Notes: generated by a model from the letters alone, not told the origin. A DNA stretch of 64,000 bases from Gammaproteobacteria bacterium (GCA_965221955.1 CBDCTA010000018.1:192001-256000), one strand, 5' to 3'; positions 19,249 to 32,236 are shown, counted from the stretch's first letter. Made by a program: numbers and translations.

Positions 19249-20331
19249 ATGAAAGACTCGATTTTAAAAAAACTTGAAAACTTGAAAGAACGGCATGAAG
19301 AAATTGCAGCTGAGCTTTCGGATGCAGATGTAATTAATAACCAACAAGAATTTACTAAACTCTCTAAAGAATATGCTCAGCTTGAACCTATCGTTGCGAA
19401 ATTCAACCAACATTTGCAAGCCGTAGACGATCTAGAAACTGCCAAGGAAATGGCTAACGACTCTGACAAAGATATGAAAACCATGGCGCAAGAAGAAATT
19501 AAAAGCGCTGAACAAATCTTAGAGCAACTGGAAACTGAGCTGCAAACCTTACTACTCCCCAAAGACCCTCATGATGAAAGTAATGTATTTTTAGAAATCC
19601 GCGCAGGTACCGGTGGCGATGAAGCCGCCATATTTGCGGGCGATTTATTTCGCATGTATTCACGTTATGCCGAAAATAAAGGTTGGAAAGTAGAAGTCAT
19701 TAATGAAAATGAAGGCGATCACGGCGGTTATAAAGAAATCATCGCCAAAATTAATGGCAAAGAAGTATTTTCAAATTTAAAATTTGAATCAGGTGCACAC
19801 CGAGTACAGCGTGTACCCGAAACAGAATCTCAAGGTCGTGTACACACCTCAGCGGCAACTGTTGCCATCATGCCGGAAGTAGATGAAATTGATGAAGTAG
19901 AAATTGATAACTCTGATTTGCGTATCGACACCTTTCGTGCTTCAGGCGCCGGCGGACAACATGTCAACAAAACTGATTCCGCAATTCGCATTACCCATAT
20001 TCCAACTGGTATTGTGGTGGAATGCCAAGATGAGCGTTCACAACATAAAAATAAAGCACGCGCGATGTCTTTACTGAGTGCACGTATGCTCGATCAAGAA
20101 CGCAAAAAACAAATGGATGAGCAAGCTGCCACCAGGCGCAACTTAGTCGGTAGTGGTGATCGCTCTGAACGCATCCGCACTTATAATTTTCCCCAAGGAC
20201 GCGTAACTGATCACCGCATCAATCTCACACTGTATAAATTAGACGAGATGATGCAAGGCAATGTAGATCAAATCGTGCAGCCTTTACGTAATGAGCATCA
20301 AGCAGACCTACTCGCTTCGATGTCAGAGTAA
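19249..20331 (+). CDS. prfA: peptide chain release factor 1
   Basis: GAGGQHVN (GGQ), VPETE (PxT). Confidence 0.97.
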   Translation: MKDSILKKLENLKERHEEIAAELSDADVINNQQEFTKLSKEYAQLEPIVAKFNQHLQAVDDLETAKEMANDSDKDMKTMAQEEIKSAEQILEQLETELQTLLLPKDPHDESNVFLEIRAGTGGDEAAIFAGDLFRMYSRYAENKGWKVEVINENEGDHGGYKEIIAKINGKEVFSNLKFESGAHRVQRVPETESQGRVHTSAATVAIMPEVDEIDEVEIDNSDLRIDTFRASGAGGQHVNKTDSAIRITHIPTGIVVECQDERSQHKNKARAMSLLSARMLDQERKKQMDEQAATRRNLVGSGDRSERIRTYNFPQGRVTDHRINLTLYKLDEMMQGNVDQIVQPLRNEHQADLLASMSE

Positions 20332-20333
20332 AA

Positions 20334-21164
20334 ATGACTTTTCAACAAGCGGTTGAATTTGCCACCGCTAAACTTTCTGCTATCAGCGAGAGCGCAAAAC
20401 TTGATGCACAACTCCTCATCTGCCACGCATGTAATATCGAACAGACTCAACTCATTGCACATCCTGAGCAAGAGTTAAATGAACAACAGATAGAAGAATT
20501 TAAACTATTCTTAAATCGACGTGTAAAGGGCGAACCACTTGCTTATATAACGGGTACAAAAGAATTTTGGTCATTAGACTTTAAAGTGAATGAGCATGTG
20601 CTTATCCCTCGCCCAGAAACAGAATTATTAGTTGAACAAACACTCCTCGCAATACAGGATAAGCCATCCGCACGAATTTTAGATTTAGGTACAGGTTCGG
20701 GCACGATTGCGATATCAGTTGCCAAGCATCACCCTGACTGCCATATCGTAGCCACAGACGTTTCCCGCTCTGCCTTAGTAATCGCAAAACAAAATGCACA
20801 AATACATGAAACTATGATCAATTTCATATGTAGCAATTGGTTTGAAAATATTGAAGAAAATGAATTTGATGTGATTGTATCTAATCCTCCTTATATCGCT
20901 AAAAATGATTCTAATCTTGATAAATTCGTTTCATTTTATGAACCCGATGAGGCCTTAATAAGCAAACATGATGGCCTTTCTGATTTAAACCTAATCATCA
21001 CACAGGCTAGAAAATTTTTATCTCCTTTTGGCGCATTAATTGTCGAGCATGGATATCAACAGGGAGAATCTGTGCGTAATTTATTTACGAATGCAAAATT
21101 TTGTAACGTAAAAACACATCTAGATATAGCCGGTCTTGAACGCTGTACCAGTGGCAGCACTTAA
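20334..21164 (+). CDS. prmC: release factor glutamine methyltransferase
   Basis: LIPRPETE, LDLGTGSG, SNPPY. Confidence 0.96.
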   Translation: MTFQQAVEFATAKLSAISESAKLDAQLLICHACNIEQTQLIAHPEQELNEQQIEEFKLFLNRRVKGEPLAYITGTKEFWSLDFKVNEHVLIPRPETELLVEQTLLAIQDKPSARILDLGTGSGTIAISVAKHHPDCHIVATDVSRSALVIAKQNAQIHETMINFICSNWFENIEENEFDVIVSNPPYIAKNDSNLDKFVSFYEPDEALISKHDGLSDLNLIITQARKFLSPFGALIVEHGYQQGESVRNLFTNAKFCNVKTHLDIAGLERCTSGST

Positions 21165-21309
21165 AGACGTTTTCAACAATATACATTTACAACTTATTTT
21201 TTGCTAACTAATAATAAGTATTCATTTCAAAAAATTGTTTAATTAATTTCAACATGTAAAACAGCTTGATAAAACAAGTGTTTTTTTAAACACCTATTTG
21301 CGCAATACA

Positions 21310-21582
21310 ATGACCTCAATTGCAACACATGATAGAACGCTAATTACAAAAAATTATTTACATTCAGTAATTAATTGCATAGAAACCAATGGTTATGATC
21401 TTAAAGATTTCGAAATTTCAACGGAGCGCGTGCAAGGCTACACAAAGGGTAAACTGACCCCTAAAGCAATAATTTATGTGTTTCGTGCCAGCACAGAAAT
21501 TGAAAAAAACTATGTGTTAGAAGGCGATATGAGCTTTTCAGATGCACTTTGCAAAGATTTAGAAACACAAGTATTTGACTGA
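21310..21582 (+). CDS. hypothetical protein
   Basis: About 90-aa ORF filling the gap; no motif recognised. Confidence 0.5.
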   Translation: MTSIATHDRTLITKNYLHSVINCIETNGYDLKDFEISTERVQGYTKGKLTPKAIIYVFRASTEIEKNYVLEGDMSFSDALCKDLETQVFD

Positions 21583-21613
21583 TCTTTATTTAGATTGAAT
21601 CATCACACAGAAA

Positions 21614-21979
21614 CTATTGACCGAAATCTAAAAAAGGCTTAATTGAAAAATAAAGAACGATCGCTGCAATCGCGGTGTAAATAATAGCTTGAATGGGACT
21701 TTCTATAAGACTTGAAATTAAACCCTGCGAGCTGCCTTCTTCTTTTGCCCTTTCTCGCTCAAGTTTTGCATTTTTGAAACGCTGTTGTTGATATTCTTCG
21801 ATTAATGCTTTTGCTCGTTCAAGTTGATCGTCTTCTTGTAACCAGATAGCCGGCATAGAAATACCCCAATTCCCTGCTGGAGTCTCATAAAAATCGATAT
21901 GATGGTTTGTTAATAGATTACGAATGTCTTCAGCTTCATCATCCGGAACATTCCTTAATCTAAATAATTGGACGGCCAT
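21614..21979 (-). CDS. DUF6164-like membrane-anchored protein
   Basis: LFRLRNVPDDEAEDIR...FYETPAGNWGIS; C-terminal TM helix. Confidence 0.7.
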   Translation of the reverse strand: MAVQLFRLRNVPDDEAEDIRNLLTNHHIDFYETPAGNWGISMPAIWLQEDDQLERAKALIEEYQQQRFKNAKLERERAKEEGSSQGLISSLIESPIQAIIYTAIAAIVLYFSIKPFLDFGQ

Positions 21980-21996
21980 TGACCTCGTCAAAAAAA

Positions 21997-23430
21997 TTAT
22001 TTTAGCTTTTCTTTTAAAAGTACGTTCACTTGTTGCGGATTGGCTTTCCCTTTCGAAAGCTTCATCACTTGCCCAACAAAAAAGCCGAACACCTTATCCT
22101 TTCCAGACTTATATTGTTCAACTTGACCAGGGTTATCCGCAATCACTTGATCAACCAAACCCTCAATTTCACCACTGTCTGTAATTTGCTTTAAGCCTTT
22201 TGCTTCAATAATTTCATCGACATTTCCCTCACCCGCCCACATCGCCTGAAAAACTTCTTTGGCAATTTTGTTAGAGATCGTGTTGTCTTCAATACGCCCT
22301 AATAGCTCCGACAACATTTTTGCAGACACTGGACTATCCGCAATTTCAGTTTCATGTTGATTTAATGCTGCTGTGAGCTCACCCAATACCCAGTTGGCTG
22401 CTAACTTCGCTTTGCCAGCACCAGCATTTACGACTTGTTCAAAATACTCAGCCATGTCTTTATCCATCACTAGGCTTTCTGCATCATAATCGCTCAACTC
22501 ATAGTCTTGCTTAAAGCGCACAATCTTTGCGGCAGGAAGTTCAGGCAGCTCTTTCTTAAAAGCTTCCAACTCTTCACTTGTAATAATTACAGGCAATAAG
22601 TCAGGATCAGGAAAATAGCGGTAATCATTAGCTTCTTCTTTGCTACGCATGGAACGCGTTTCATCTTTATTGGCATCATAAAGACGGGTTTCTTGCACCA
22701 CTTCTCCGCCGTCTTCTAGCACATCTATTTGACGCTCGATTTCATGGTTAATCGCACGTTCTACAAATCTAAACGAATTAAGATTTTTAGTTTCTGTACG
22801 CGTACCAAATTCTTCTTGCCCTTTAGGACGCATCGAAACATTCGCATCACAACGAAAAGAACCTTCTTGCATATTGCCATCAGAAATTCCTAGATAGCGC
22901 ACAATAGAATGGATCTTTTTCATGTACGCCACCGCTTCTTCTGCAGAGCGCATATCAGGTTCCGATACAATTTCAATTAGAGGCGTGCCACAGCGGTTTA
23001 AATCAATACCGGTCGAATCAGGAAATTCTTCATGCAAAGATTTCCCTGCATCTTCTTCTAAATGTGCACGTGTAATACCTATGGTTTTACGTTCACCATC
23101 ACTTAGCACAATTTCTAATTTACCGTGTTCAACAATCGGCAATTCAAACTGACTGATTTGATACCCTTTAGGCGAGTCCGGGTAAAAATAATTTTTCCGC
23201 GCAAACACTGAACGTTCAGCAACTGTAGCACCCACCGCAAAGCCAAACATGGCAGCCATCTTCACCGCTTCTTTATTTAATACCGGCAATACGCCTGGCA
23301 AGCCTAAATCGACTGCACAGGCTTGTGTATTGGGTTCAGCCCCATACGCTGTAGAAGCAGCAGAAAAGATCTTACTTTGTGTCGCAAGCTGCACATGTAT
23401 TTCTAAACCGATGACTGTTTCCCACTGCAT
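21997..23430 (-). CDS. gatB: Asp/Glu-tRNA amidotransferase subunit B
   Basis: [27 protein letters not shown]. Confidence 0.97.
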   Translation of the reverse strand: MQWETVIGLEIHVQLATQSKIFSAASTAYGAEPNTQACAVDLGLPGVLPVLNKEAVKMAAMFGFAVGATVAERSVFARKNYFYPDSPKGYQISQFELPIVEHGKLEIVLSDGERKTIGITRAHLEEDAGKSLHEEFPDSTGIDLNRCGTPLIEIVSEPDMRSAEEAVAYMKKIHSIVRYLGISDGNMQEGSFRCDANVSMRPKGQEEFGTRTETKNLNSFRFVERAINHEIERQIDVLEDGGEVVQETRLYDANKDETRSMRSKEEANDYRYFPDPDLLPVIITSEELEAFKKELPELPAAKIVRFKQDYELSDYDAESLVMDKDMAEYFEQVVNAGAGKAKLAANWVLGELTAALNQHETEIADSPVSAKMLSELLGRIEDNTISNKIAKEVFQAMWAGEGNVDEIIEAKGLKQITDSGEIEGLVDQVIADNPGQVEQYKSGKDKVFGFFVGQVMKLSKGKANPQQVNVLLKEKLK

Positions 23431-23432
23431 GA

Positions 23433-24884
23433 CTATTCGAACCCTTTAGGAACTTGCTGATGCCAATCTGTATCTTGCTGATATTGGTGCGCAAAATTAA
23501 GCAAGGTTTCTTCAGCAAAATAATTGCCGATTAATTGCATACCAATAGGTAGTCCATCTTTGAACCCACAAGGAACAGACATTGCGGGCAGTCCGGCTAA
23601 GTTAATTGAAATAGTGTAGATGTCTGATAAATACATCGTGACGGGATCATCGGTTTTCTCACCAATTTTAAAAGCAGGCGAAGGTGTTGTGGGCCCTAAA
23701 ATTACATCCACTTCTTCAAACGCTTTTTTAAAGTCATCGCTGATTAAACGTCGTATCTGTTGTGCTTTTAAATAATAGGCATCGTAATACCCCGCGGACA
23801 ATGCATAGGTGCCAATCATAATGCGACGTTTCACTTCATCACCAAACGCTTCACTTCGACTGCGATCATAAAGATCTCGCAAATCTTTTGGATCCTCACA
23901 ACGATAGCCAAATCGCACACCATCATAACGCGACAAGTTAGAGGAACATTCTGCTGGCGCAATTACATAATAAGCAGGGATAGCTAAATTCGTATTTGGC
24001 AAACTAATACTTCTTATTTCACAGCCTTGTTGTTCATACCATGTAAGCGCATCTTCAATGATTTCCTTAACACCAGCATCCAAACCTTCACTAAAATATT
24101 CTTCTGGTACACCAATCACTTTATCTTTGATTGAATCGTTTAGGCTTTGTGAATAATCCGGAACTTCTCTGTCTAAACTTGTAGAGTCTTTTTCATCAAA
24201 CCCCGCCATGGTTTGCAATAACAATGCACAGTCTTGTGCAGAAACACCAAATGGCCCACCTTGATCTAAGCTGGAAGCATAGGCAATCATTCCATATCGT
24301 GACACGCGCCCATAGGTGGGTTTAATTCCAGTAACACCACACAGTGCGGCGGGTTGGCGAATCGATCCACCTGTATCGGTGCCGGTTGCCAAAGGTGCAA
24401 TACGCGCCGCAACCGCTGCTGCTGAACCACCCGATGATCCACCTGGTACACATTCTGTATTCCAAGGATTTTTAACGGGACCGTAGAAACTGGTTTCATT
24501 AGATGAGCCCATCGCAAATTCATCCATGTTTGTTCTACCAATCGTAATACAACCTGCTTGATCAAGTTTATGTGTAACGGTTGCATCGTAGGGTGCATAA
24601 AAATTATCTAACATCTTTGAACCACAAGATGTCTTCACGCCGTACATACAAAAAATATCTTTTGATGCAATAGGAATTCCGGTTAATGGACCATTCTTTT
24701 TTTGTTTAATAAGTTTGTCCGCATGATCCGCTTGCAGTATGGCACGCTCACCGAGCTCAGTAATAAAAGCATTAAGCTCACTAAATTTTTGCATGCGTTC
24801 CACATAGTGTTTGGTTAATTCAACACTAGAGAATTCGCCATTGCATAAACCTTCAGCAAGTTGTGAAACAGAACGATCGTGCAT
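23433..24884 (-). CDS. gatA: Asp/Glu-tRNA amidotransferase subunit A
   Basis: Amidase signature [24 protein letters not shown]. Confidence 0.97.
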   Translation of the reverse strand: MHDRSVSQLAEGLCNGEFSSVELTKHYVERMQKFSELNAFITELGERAILQADHADKLIKQKKNGPLTGIPIASKDIFCMYGVKTSCGSKMLDNFYAPYDATVTHKLDQAGCITIGRTNMDEFAMGSSNETSFYGPVKNPWNTECVPGGSSGGSAAAVAARIAPLATGTDTGGSIRQPAALCGVTGIKPTYGRVSRYGMIAYASSLDQGGPFGVSAQDCALLLQTMAGFDEKDSTSLDREVPDYSQSLNDSIKDKVIGVPEEYFSEGLDAGVKEIIEDALTWYEQQGCEIRSISLPNTNLAIPAYYVIAPAECSSNLSRYDGVRFGYRCEDPKDLRDLYDRSRSEAFGDEVKRRIMIGTYALSAGYYDAYYLKAQQIRRLISDDFKKAFEEVDVILGPTTPSPAFKIGEKTDDPVTMYLSDIYTISINLAGLPAMSVPCGFKDGLPIGMQLIGNYFAEETLLNFAHQYQQDTDWHQQVPKGFE

Positions 24885-24913
24885 GTTATTTTTATTTTCT
24901 TGAAATAAGCGAG

Positions 24914-25201
24914 CTATTCAATCACTTTAGGTACTAAATAAAGTCCTTTTTCTGCAGCAGGTGCAACGGTTTGGAATTTATCGCGTTGGTTATCTTCTTT
25001 CACAACATCTTCACGTAATCTCTGTGTGGCGTCTAAAGGATGCGCCATAGGTAAAATATCTTTGGTATCCACCGCATTCATTTGCTCAACCAAATTGATA
25101 ATGTTGGAAAGGTCTTTTGCATATTGCTCAACCTCGTCAGACTGAATTTCCAGTCTTGCCAGGTTTGCAATTTTTAGAACTTCTTCAGGTGTAATCGACA
25201 T
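24914..25201 (-). CDS. gatC: Asp/Glu-tRNA amidotransferase subunit C
   Basis: [21 protein letters not shown]; start at 25201. Confidence 0.95.
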   Translation of the reverse strand: MSITPEEVLKIANLARLEIQSDEVEQYAKDLSNIINLVEQMNAVDTKDILPMAHPLDATQRLREDVVKEDNQRDKFQTVAPAAEKGLYLVPKVIE

Positions 25202-25278
25202 GGTGTATATATATAAATGAACGAACGGCAAACTACCACACTTATGCGGCACATATAATGGCTTGCCGAAAATTTTAG

Positions 25279-26379
<1,101 letters not shown>

Positions 26380-26472
26380 GCCTTAAACACTCTTCACTGA
26401 CGGATAGCGAGTAATTCGTTATCATAGCCTCGCCTTTATGAATGTTTACAATTTTATTGAGGAGAATTTGCT

Positions 26473-27387
26473 ATAAAACCGCTGTTCAGCCTCGGCCCTT
26501 CTGTTTCTACTAAATTATTACTCCTCATTATTGCGTCTATCGTCATGATGACGGTCGACCATCACTTTAATCACTTACGAAAAGTACGCCAAACCATTAG
26601 TGTGGCGATGTATCCAATCGAATATTTGGCCGGCTTACCTTCTAAAGTGTACAACTGGAGTTCTGAATCCTTTGCTTCACGCAATAAATTATTACGCGAC
26701 AACGCAGGACTGCGTGCTGAACAAATACGTTTAGAATTACGACTACAAAAACTTGAAACCTTAGAAGAGGAAAACCAACGTCTGCGTGAAATGCTGTCTT
26801 CTGCACAATATTTCACAGAAGAACGTGTGTTGATTGGTGAATTGTTATCAGTGGACTTAGATCCCTACCGACAACGCATTGTGGTAAACAAAGGTACACG
26901 TGATGGTATTTATGATGGCCAACCTCTTTTAGGCGCAAAAGGCATTATTGGACAAATTGATAAAGCCGGACCGTTTAATTCCATCGCAATTTTAATGACC
27001 GATCCTAATCATGCATTATTAGGTGAAGTGGCACGCAGCAGACAACGAAGTTTAGTGGTCGGCACAGGTAACATTCAAAAATTAGAACTTCTACATTTAA
27101 CCAACACCGCTGATATTCAAATTGGTGATTTAGTCATTACATCTGGGCTCGATGGTCGCTACCCGAGTGATTATCCGATAGCTGAAATCACCAGCATCCA
27201 ACAAATCTCGGGGGATGCATTTGTAAAAGTAGAAGCCAAACCGCTTGTTGATCTAAACAGTATTCGTGAAGTATTACTCATTTGGACGGGCGAACAAGAA
27301 TCAGAACTCAATACTGCAGAGAGTCTTCAAAGCAAGGCTGAAGACAATCTAACAAACCAAGAAGTTATATCTACTAGCAATGAATAA
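26473..27387 (+). CDS. mreC: rod shape-determining protein MreC (probable ATA start at 26473; first ATG at 26545)
   Basis: IKPLFSLGPS resembles the MreC N-terminus MKPIFSRGPS; GAGGAG RBS; coiled coil; TSGLDGRYP. Confidence 0.92.
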   Translation: MKPLFSLGPSVSTKLLLLIIASIVMMTVDHHFNHLRKVRQTISVAMYPIEYLAGLPSKVYNWSSESFASRNKLLRDNAGLRAEQIRLELRLQKLETLEEENQRLREMLSSAQYFTEERVLIGELLSVDLDPYRQRIVVNKGTRDGIYDGQPLLGAKGIIGQIDKAGPFNSIAILMTDPNHALLGEVARSRQRSLVVGTGNIQKLELLHLTNTADIQIGDLVITSGLDGRYPSDYPIAEITSIQQISGDAFVKVEAKPLVDLNSIREVLLIWTGEQESELNTAESLQSKAEDNLTNQEVISTSNE

Positions 27388-27862
27388 CGGCCCTAAATTT
27401 CTAACCATTTTCGCATCGTTCATTATTGCGATGATGCTGATGCTCATGCCCTTGCCAGACTGGGCGCGACCCTATCGTCCCGAGTGGCTTGTGCTTGCAC
27501 TCATCTATTGGAACATAACCTTTCCTAAAAAAGTTGGTGTAGGCATAGCTTGGATATTAGGTTTATGTGTAGATGTCATCCAAGGCGCACTACTTGGCCA
27601 ACATGCACTAGGTTTTGCCATTACTGCATTCATTGCGATTCGTTTTCACCAACGTGTTAGGGTGTATCCATTGCACCAGCAAGCCATGTTTGTGGGAATG
27701 ATCTTATTACCTTATATGAGCTTATCGTTATGGATTTTAGGCATTCTAGGCGAAGACCCTAAAACTTGGGTCTACTGGGCACCGGTTGTTACCAGTGTTC
27801 TTGTTTGGCCATGGATTTATTTAGTAATGCGCGCAGTTAGCAAAAAAGCTTCAATATATTAA
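27380..27862 (+). CDS. mreD: rod shape-determining protein MreD
   Basis: RPEWLVLALIYW, G-x-LLGQHAL; follows mreC. Confidence 0.95.
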   Translation: MNNGPKFLTIFASFIIAMMLMLMPLPDWARPYRPEWLVLALIYWNITFPKKVGVGIAWILGLCVDVIQGALLGQHALGFAITAFIAIRFHQRVRVYPLHQQAMFVGMILLPYMSLSLWILGILGEDPKTWVYWAPVVTSVLVWPWIYLVMRAVSKKASIY

Positions 27863-27900
27863 ATTTCAGTTTTGGCTAATTAATTATTGCTTGACTCGAT

Positions 27901-29310
27901 TTAATTCTGGCCTGAAGGATTGGTGTACTCATCGTTTAATGTTTGTACGAATCGATCCGCTGCTTCGCGAATTTGCATGAGTTTTGTACGTGCGTGTTTA
28001 TTCCAACCCACAATGAAAGGGCGCCATAATGGTTGCCAGCATTTTGTATTTCGCAAAAAACCGCCTTTTACACTTCCGGTTAATTCCCTTTCAGGTAAAG
28101 ACTTAGCCACCCATTTACTGACTACGTTTCTAATTAAGTGGTGAATAACTAATAACAACAATAAGGCCAAAATTATGGCGGCCCACATACCTGTTGCGCC
28201 ATACTGATCAAACGCAGTGCCTGAACCAAAATGTTTAATAAAGTAAATTAACATGGCTAAGAAAACGGGTACTAACACAAGAACATCGATCATCAGTACG
28301 CGTTTGGCCCATTTGTGCGTGGCTTCTTGCACTTGAGGCACAATGTTATTTTCGATTTGATTTGCAGTATTTTCGAGTGAACCAATAATGCGATATACAC
28401 GTTCGACACTGACTTCTGAAATACGCTGGTAGATTTCTCCTAAATCATTATCGCGTTTACGTTTGTAGCGCTCTTGTAAGGCTTTATCTTCTATTTGTAC
28501 TGCGGCCTCTTCATTATAGGTTGCGTAAAAACGCCCACTCACTAGCCCACCAGATGCTAAAGCACGCTGCCAAGCAGCAACCACTTCTTCGGCATTATCT
28601 TCTGCTGCAGTGGTATCAATTTGGTTGAGAATAAACAACACCTTGTTTGAATCATTGCGGCGCACTGTTCCAGCAACCAAGTGCTCCAAAGTATCGCGCA
28701 TTGCACCGGGCTCTGGATGGCGGGCATCAAACAACACCAACACTAAGTCTGAAAGATTTATAATGTGATCGGTAATTCGCAAGGTTGAAGTACGCTGCGC
28801 ATCGGCATCAAACCCTGGAGAGTCAATAAAAATTTTGCCTTTAATTAAATCAGATGGGCAGGTTTTTAATTGTAAGTAGGTATCAATGCGCGAGCCTTCG
28901 CCGGCAGATACTTTTTCAATTTCTTCGCTAATTTGATAAAACGGAAAACGTGGATCTGCATCTAGGGCTAATCCTGGCAAGACTCTTACTTTGTCATCAC
29001 TGCTAAAACATATCACAGTAAATTTATCATCTACCGCTTGATTGCCCGTTTTTTGTAGATCGGTTTGCACATAGTGATTGATAAAGGTCGATTTCCCTGC
29101 CGAAAATGTCCCCAATACAGAGATGAGCGGCCACCATGATATGTCAGTGGTGTAAGACTCTTTGCTGGTGAGAATACCGAGCTTGTAGGCAAGTTTATCC
29201 AGCTCACAAAAATGATCCACTACATCTACTAGTAGCGGGTTTTCATTTGAAATATGGCTGCGAAGACTTTTTATTCTTGCTTTAAGATTAGCATCGGGCC
29301 CGATGAGCAT
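27901..29310 (-). CDS. dynamin-like GTPase/ATPase with C-terminal TM hairpin
   Basis: GTFSAGKST, DSPG, LNQID; two hydrophobic segments near the C-terminus. Confidence 0.8.
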   Translation of the reverse strand: MLIGPDANLKARIKSLRSHISNENPLLVDVVDHFCELDKLAYKLGILTSKESYTTDISWWPLISVLGTFSAGKSTFINHYVQTDLQKTGNQAVDDKFTVICFSSDDKVRVLPGLALDADPRFPFYQISEEIEKVSAGEGSRIDTYLQLKTCPSDLIKGKIFIDSPGFDADAQRTSTLRITDHIINLSDLVLVLFDARHPEPGAMRDTLEHLVAGTVRRNDSNKVLFILNQIDTTAAEDNAEEVVAAWQRALASGGLVSGRFYATYNEEAAVQIEDKALQERYKRKRDNDLGEIYQRISEVSVERVYRIIGSLENTANQIENNIVPQVQEATHKWAKRVLMIDVLVLVPVFLAMLIYFIKHFGSGTAFDQYGATGMWAAIILALLLLLVIHHLIRNVVSKWVAKSLPERELTGSVKGGFLRNTKCWQPLWRPFIVGWNKHARTKLMQIREAADRFVQTLNDEYTNPSGQN

Positions 29311-29404
29311 TTAATGTCCTATTAAATGTAAGCTGTGTAAATATCTGTTGGGCATTGTCGCATATACCTTTCTGCCTGCAAACAAGCTAAAAGGTATTAG
29401 ATTC

Positions 29405-30358
29405 TCATGGAGTTTGCCTATGCTGCATACTTTTCAATTGTTTTCGAAATTTCACACAGGGATCTTCGTTGGTATGACTGGGCGTGAAATACAGTACGTC
29501 ATATAAATGATGACGATCTTGAAAATATTCTTGTGGTTCTTGTAACTCTTCTTGTACGGATATATAGGACACTGACAAATAGGAGGTTTGGTTATATTTT
29601 CTTCTAAGTTGCATTGGTACTGCATAGTCATTTCTGACATGACCACTGCCGGCAATAAAAACGACTGGCAATGGTTTATTTAAAAGTGCATTAGCCATTA
29701 CATGATCTCGATGCATTTGTGCACGTGACATAAATTTCACAAAGCCTTCATTCGCATGACCACAATGAGAGTCAATTATATTTTTGTTTAAAAGATTAAT
29801 TTCATCTTGAGTATATGAATATTCACTCTTCGCCAAATTATCATCTTCAAACTTCTGATCATTTGCCCACTGATGCAACTCTTCACTTCCAATATTACCC
29901 GCATGTAAACGTAGTTGATGCTGCACAACTGAATTCAATACCGGTGTATATAACTCCCAAGGCCAGCCTTCGTTTATCATAGCTACCAGTTCTAACAGCT
30001 CAGGAAGTTTTTTCCAAGTTAATGGCTGCTCTTTCCAACCCTCAATCGATAACATTTCCATCACAACTGTTGGTTGTGCGCCTGATTTCACCAAAGACTC
30101 TAAAACCTTGGATTGCAAATAATGGTGATCCGGGTGATTATGAACTTCGCCCAATAAAATATAATCGTAATAAAGTAATTCTTTATAAAACTGATGATCA
30201 GTAAGCCATGTTTGTTTATGCGTATCCCATATTTTGCCTACCAGTACATGATCTTTATAAAAATCTGCTTGCCAGTCATTAGCTGCTACACTACTTAGGT
30301 GAAAAAACCCTGCAAACAACAAAATTGTTAAAATAAATTTTACGACTTTAATTAGCAT
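29405..30358 (-). CDS. ChaN-family exported protein
   Basis: LLGEVHNHPDHH, MEML, IAGSGH; signal peptide. Confidence 0.75.
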   Translation of the reverse strand: MLIKVVKFILTILLFAGFFHLSSVAANDWQADFYKDHVLVGKIWDTHKQTWLTDHQFYKELLYYDYILLGEVHNHPDHHYLQSKVLESLVKSGAQPTVVMEMLSIEGWKEQPLTWKKLPELLELVAMINEGWPWELYTPVLNSVVQHQLRLHAGNIGSEELHQWANDQKFEDDNLAKSEYSYTQDEINLLNKNIIDSHCGHANEGFVKFMSRAQMHRDHVMANALLNKPLPVVFIAGSGHVRNDYAVPMQLRRKYNQTSYLSVSYISVQEELQEPQEYFQDRHHLYDVLYFTPSHTNEDPCVKFRKQLKSMQHRQTP

Positions 30359-30371
30359 TTACGCGATCAAA

Positions 30372-31481
30372 ATGGACTTTAGATTACTCACCTCTATCAA
30401 AGAATTAGATGCGTTTTGCAACGCATCTTCTACTATGCAGTGGTTAGCACTTGATACTGAGTTTATACGTGAAAAGACCTACTATCCAAACCTATGTTTA
30501 GTGCAAATTGCATCTGAAAATGAAGTTGTCTGCATTGACCCTATTGCAATTAGTGACTTATCGTCATTAAAAAATTTAATCTACCAAAATACCATTACCA
30601 AAATTTTTCATTCTGCCAGCCAAGATCTCGAAATTTTTGTCAATCTTTTCGATGAGGTACCTACCCCCATGTTTGATACTCAGATTGCGGCCAGCCTACT
30701 GGGCTATGGTGAACAAGTAAGTTATGCGCATTTAGTAAATGAGATTTGTGATATTGAACTTGATAAATCACTCTCTCGCACCAATTGGGAACGTCGACCA
30801 CTTTCAACTGAAGAGCTTAAATACGCAGCAGATGATGTGAAGTATTTAGCAAACGTTTACCAATTTTTAAAACAAGAATTAGATAAACATGAGCGGAATC
30901 ATTGGGCGGAATTCGAATGCAACAACTTATCCTCAATCGATAAATATAAAATTGATACCAACAAAATCTGGGAAACTATAAAAGGTGCTGGAAAACTAGA
31001 TTCCAATCAACTAAATGTTTTACAGCAACTTGCGAAGTGGCGTGAGCTACAAGCCATTGCTGAAAACAAACCACGCCGCTGGATCGTTAGCGATAAATTA
31101 TTACTTCAACTCGCTATTGCACAACCCACTGATCTTAACGCTTTAGGTTCTATAGAAGGCATTCAACAAGAACATATTGGTTATGCAGATGTTCTCATCG
31201 AAGAAATAATCTCTGCTCAAAAAATTCCTGAAAGTGACTGGCCGCCTGCTTACAATGTTGGACCCCTAAGCACCGAACAACGCAAGCTAGTGAAACAAGC
31301 GCAAAGCTTCATTCGTGATCGCGCAGAGGAATTGAATATTGCGCCAAGCTTGTTAGCCACGCGGAATGTAGTAGAGAAACTCGTTCGAGGGAAACGTGAA
31401 CTCGAAGTCCTTTCTAGCTGGAAAAAAGATTTAGTGGGCGATGAACTTGTCGCCTTAATTGAGGCAAACAATCCTTTCTAA
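30372..31481 (+). CDS. rnd: ribonuclease D
   Basis: ALDTEFIREKTYYP, FDTQIAA, YAADDV, HRDC region. Confidence 0.95.
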   Translation: MDFRLLTSIKELDAFCNASSTMQWLALDTEFIREKTYYPNLCLVQIASENEVVCIDPIAISDLSSLKNLIYQNTITKIFHSASQDLEIFVNLFDEVPTPMFDTQIAASLLGYGEQVSYAHLVNEICDIELDKSLSRTNWERRPLSTEELKYAADDVKYLANVYQFLKQELDKHERNHWAEFECNNLSSIDKYKIDTNKIWETIKGAGKLDSNQLNVLQQLAKWRELQAIAENKPRRWIVSDKLLLQLAIAQPTDLNALGSIEGIQQEHIGYADVLIEEIISAQKIPESDWPPAYNVGPLSTEQRKLVKQAQSFIRDRAEELNIAPSLLATRNVVEKLVRGKRELEVLSSWKKDLVGDELVALIEANNPF

Positions 31482-31543
31482 TTATCACTTTATATGGCCT
31501 ATGCGATATAGCCTGTCAAGGCGCTTAGTAGATAATTGTTGAC

Positions 31544-31792
31544 ATGACAACCGATGAAATAGAAAAACTTATTGAAGCCGGAGTACCCAACTCTAAAGCC
31601 ATAGTGAGTGGTGGCGAAGGCAAATATGAAGCAATCGTAATTAGCGATAGCTTTGCTGATTTAAGTATGGTGAAAGAACACCAAATGGTATACGCAACGG
31701 TGAAACCACAAATCGCGAGTGGCGAATTACATGCTTTAAGTATAAAAGCGTTTACTCCCGAAGAATGGGAGCAACAGAAAAATAATTTTTAG
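31544..31792 (+). CDS. BolA/IbaG family protein
   Basis: HQMVY...GELHALSIKAFTPEEW. Confidence 0.9.
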   Translation: MTTDEIEKLIEAGVPNSKAIVSGGEGKYEAIVISDSFADLSMVKEHQMVYATVKPQIASGELHALSIKAFTPEEWEQQKNNF

Positions 31793-31807
31793 GTTTTCGT
31801 TTTAATT

Positions 31808-32185
31808 CTAGTGGCTAGAATCATCATCGATATTCACGACACTCAGTCCGCCACCCAGGTTTGCATAATAAGCTGAAACATTCTTCATTTCTTCTTCACT
31901 TAATGCAGTCACGATGCCTGCCATAATGGCATTCTTGCGATCACCATTCTTATAAGCTTTTAATGAATGAAACATATAATCCGCATGCTGACCTGCTAAA
32001 CGTGGAAAATTCGGCGCAATACTGTTGCCATCTTCACCATGACATGACACACATTGTTTAGCAACTTCTTCACCACTCTTAGCAACAGCTTTTGGCTCGT
32101 CATGACTACCTTCGTCAGATGCAAAACAAGGTGTTAATGAAAGAATAAATAAAATGGAAACTGCTTTAATAATTAAATTTTTCAT
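31808..32185 (-). CDS. monoheme cytochrome c (c4 half-like)
   Basis: CVSCH, PRLAGQ, NAIM. Confidence 0.9.
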   Translation of the reverse strand: MKNLIIKAVSILFILSLTPCFASDEGSHDEPKAVAKSGEEVAKQCVSCHGEDGNSIAPNFPRLAGQHADYMFHSLKAYKNGDRKNAIMAGIVTALSEEEMKNVSAYYANLGGGLSVVNIDDDSSH

Positions 32186-32236
32186 GCCTATTAAATCTAT
32201 TTTGGTAAATCTACTTTGATGTTTTAAACGTAATGT

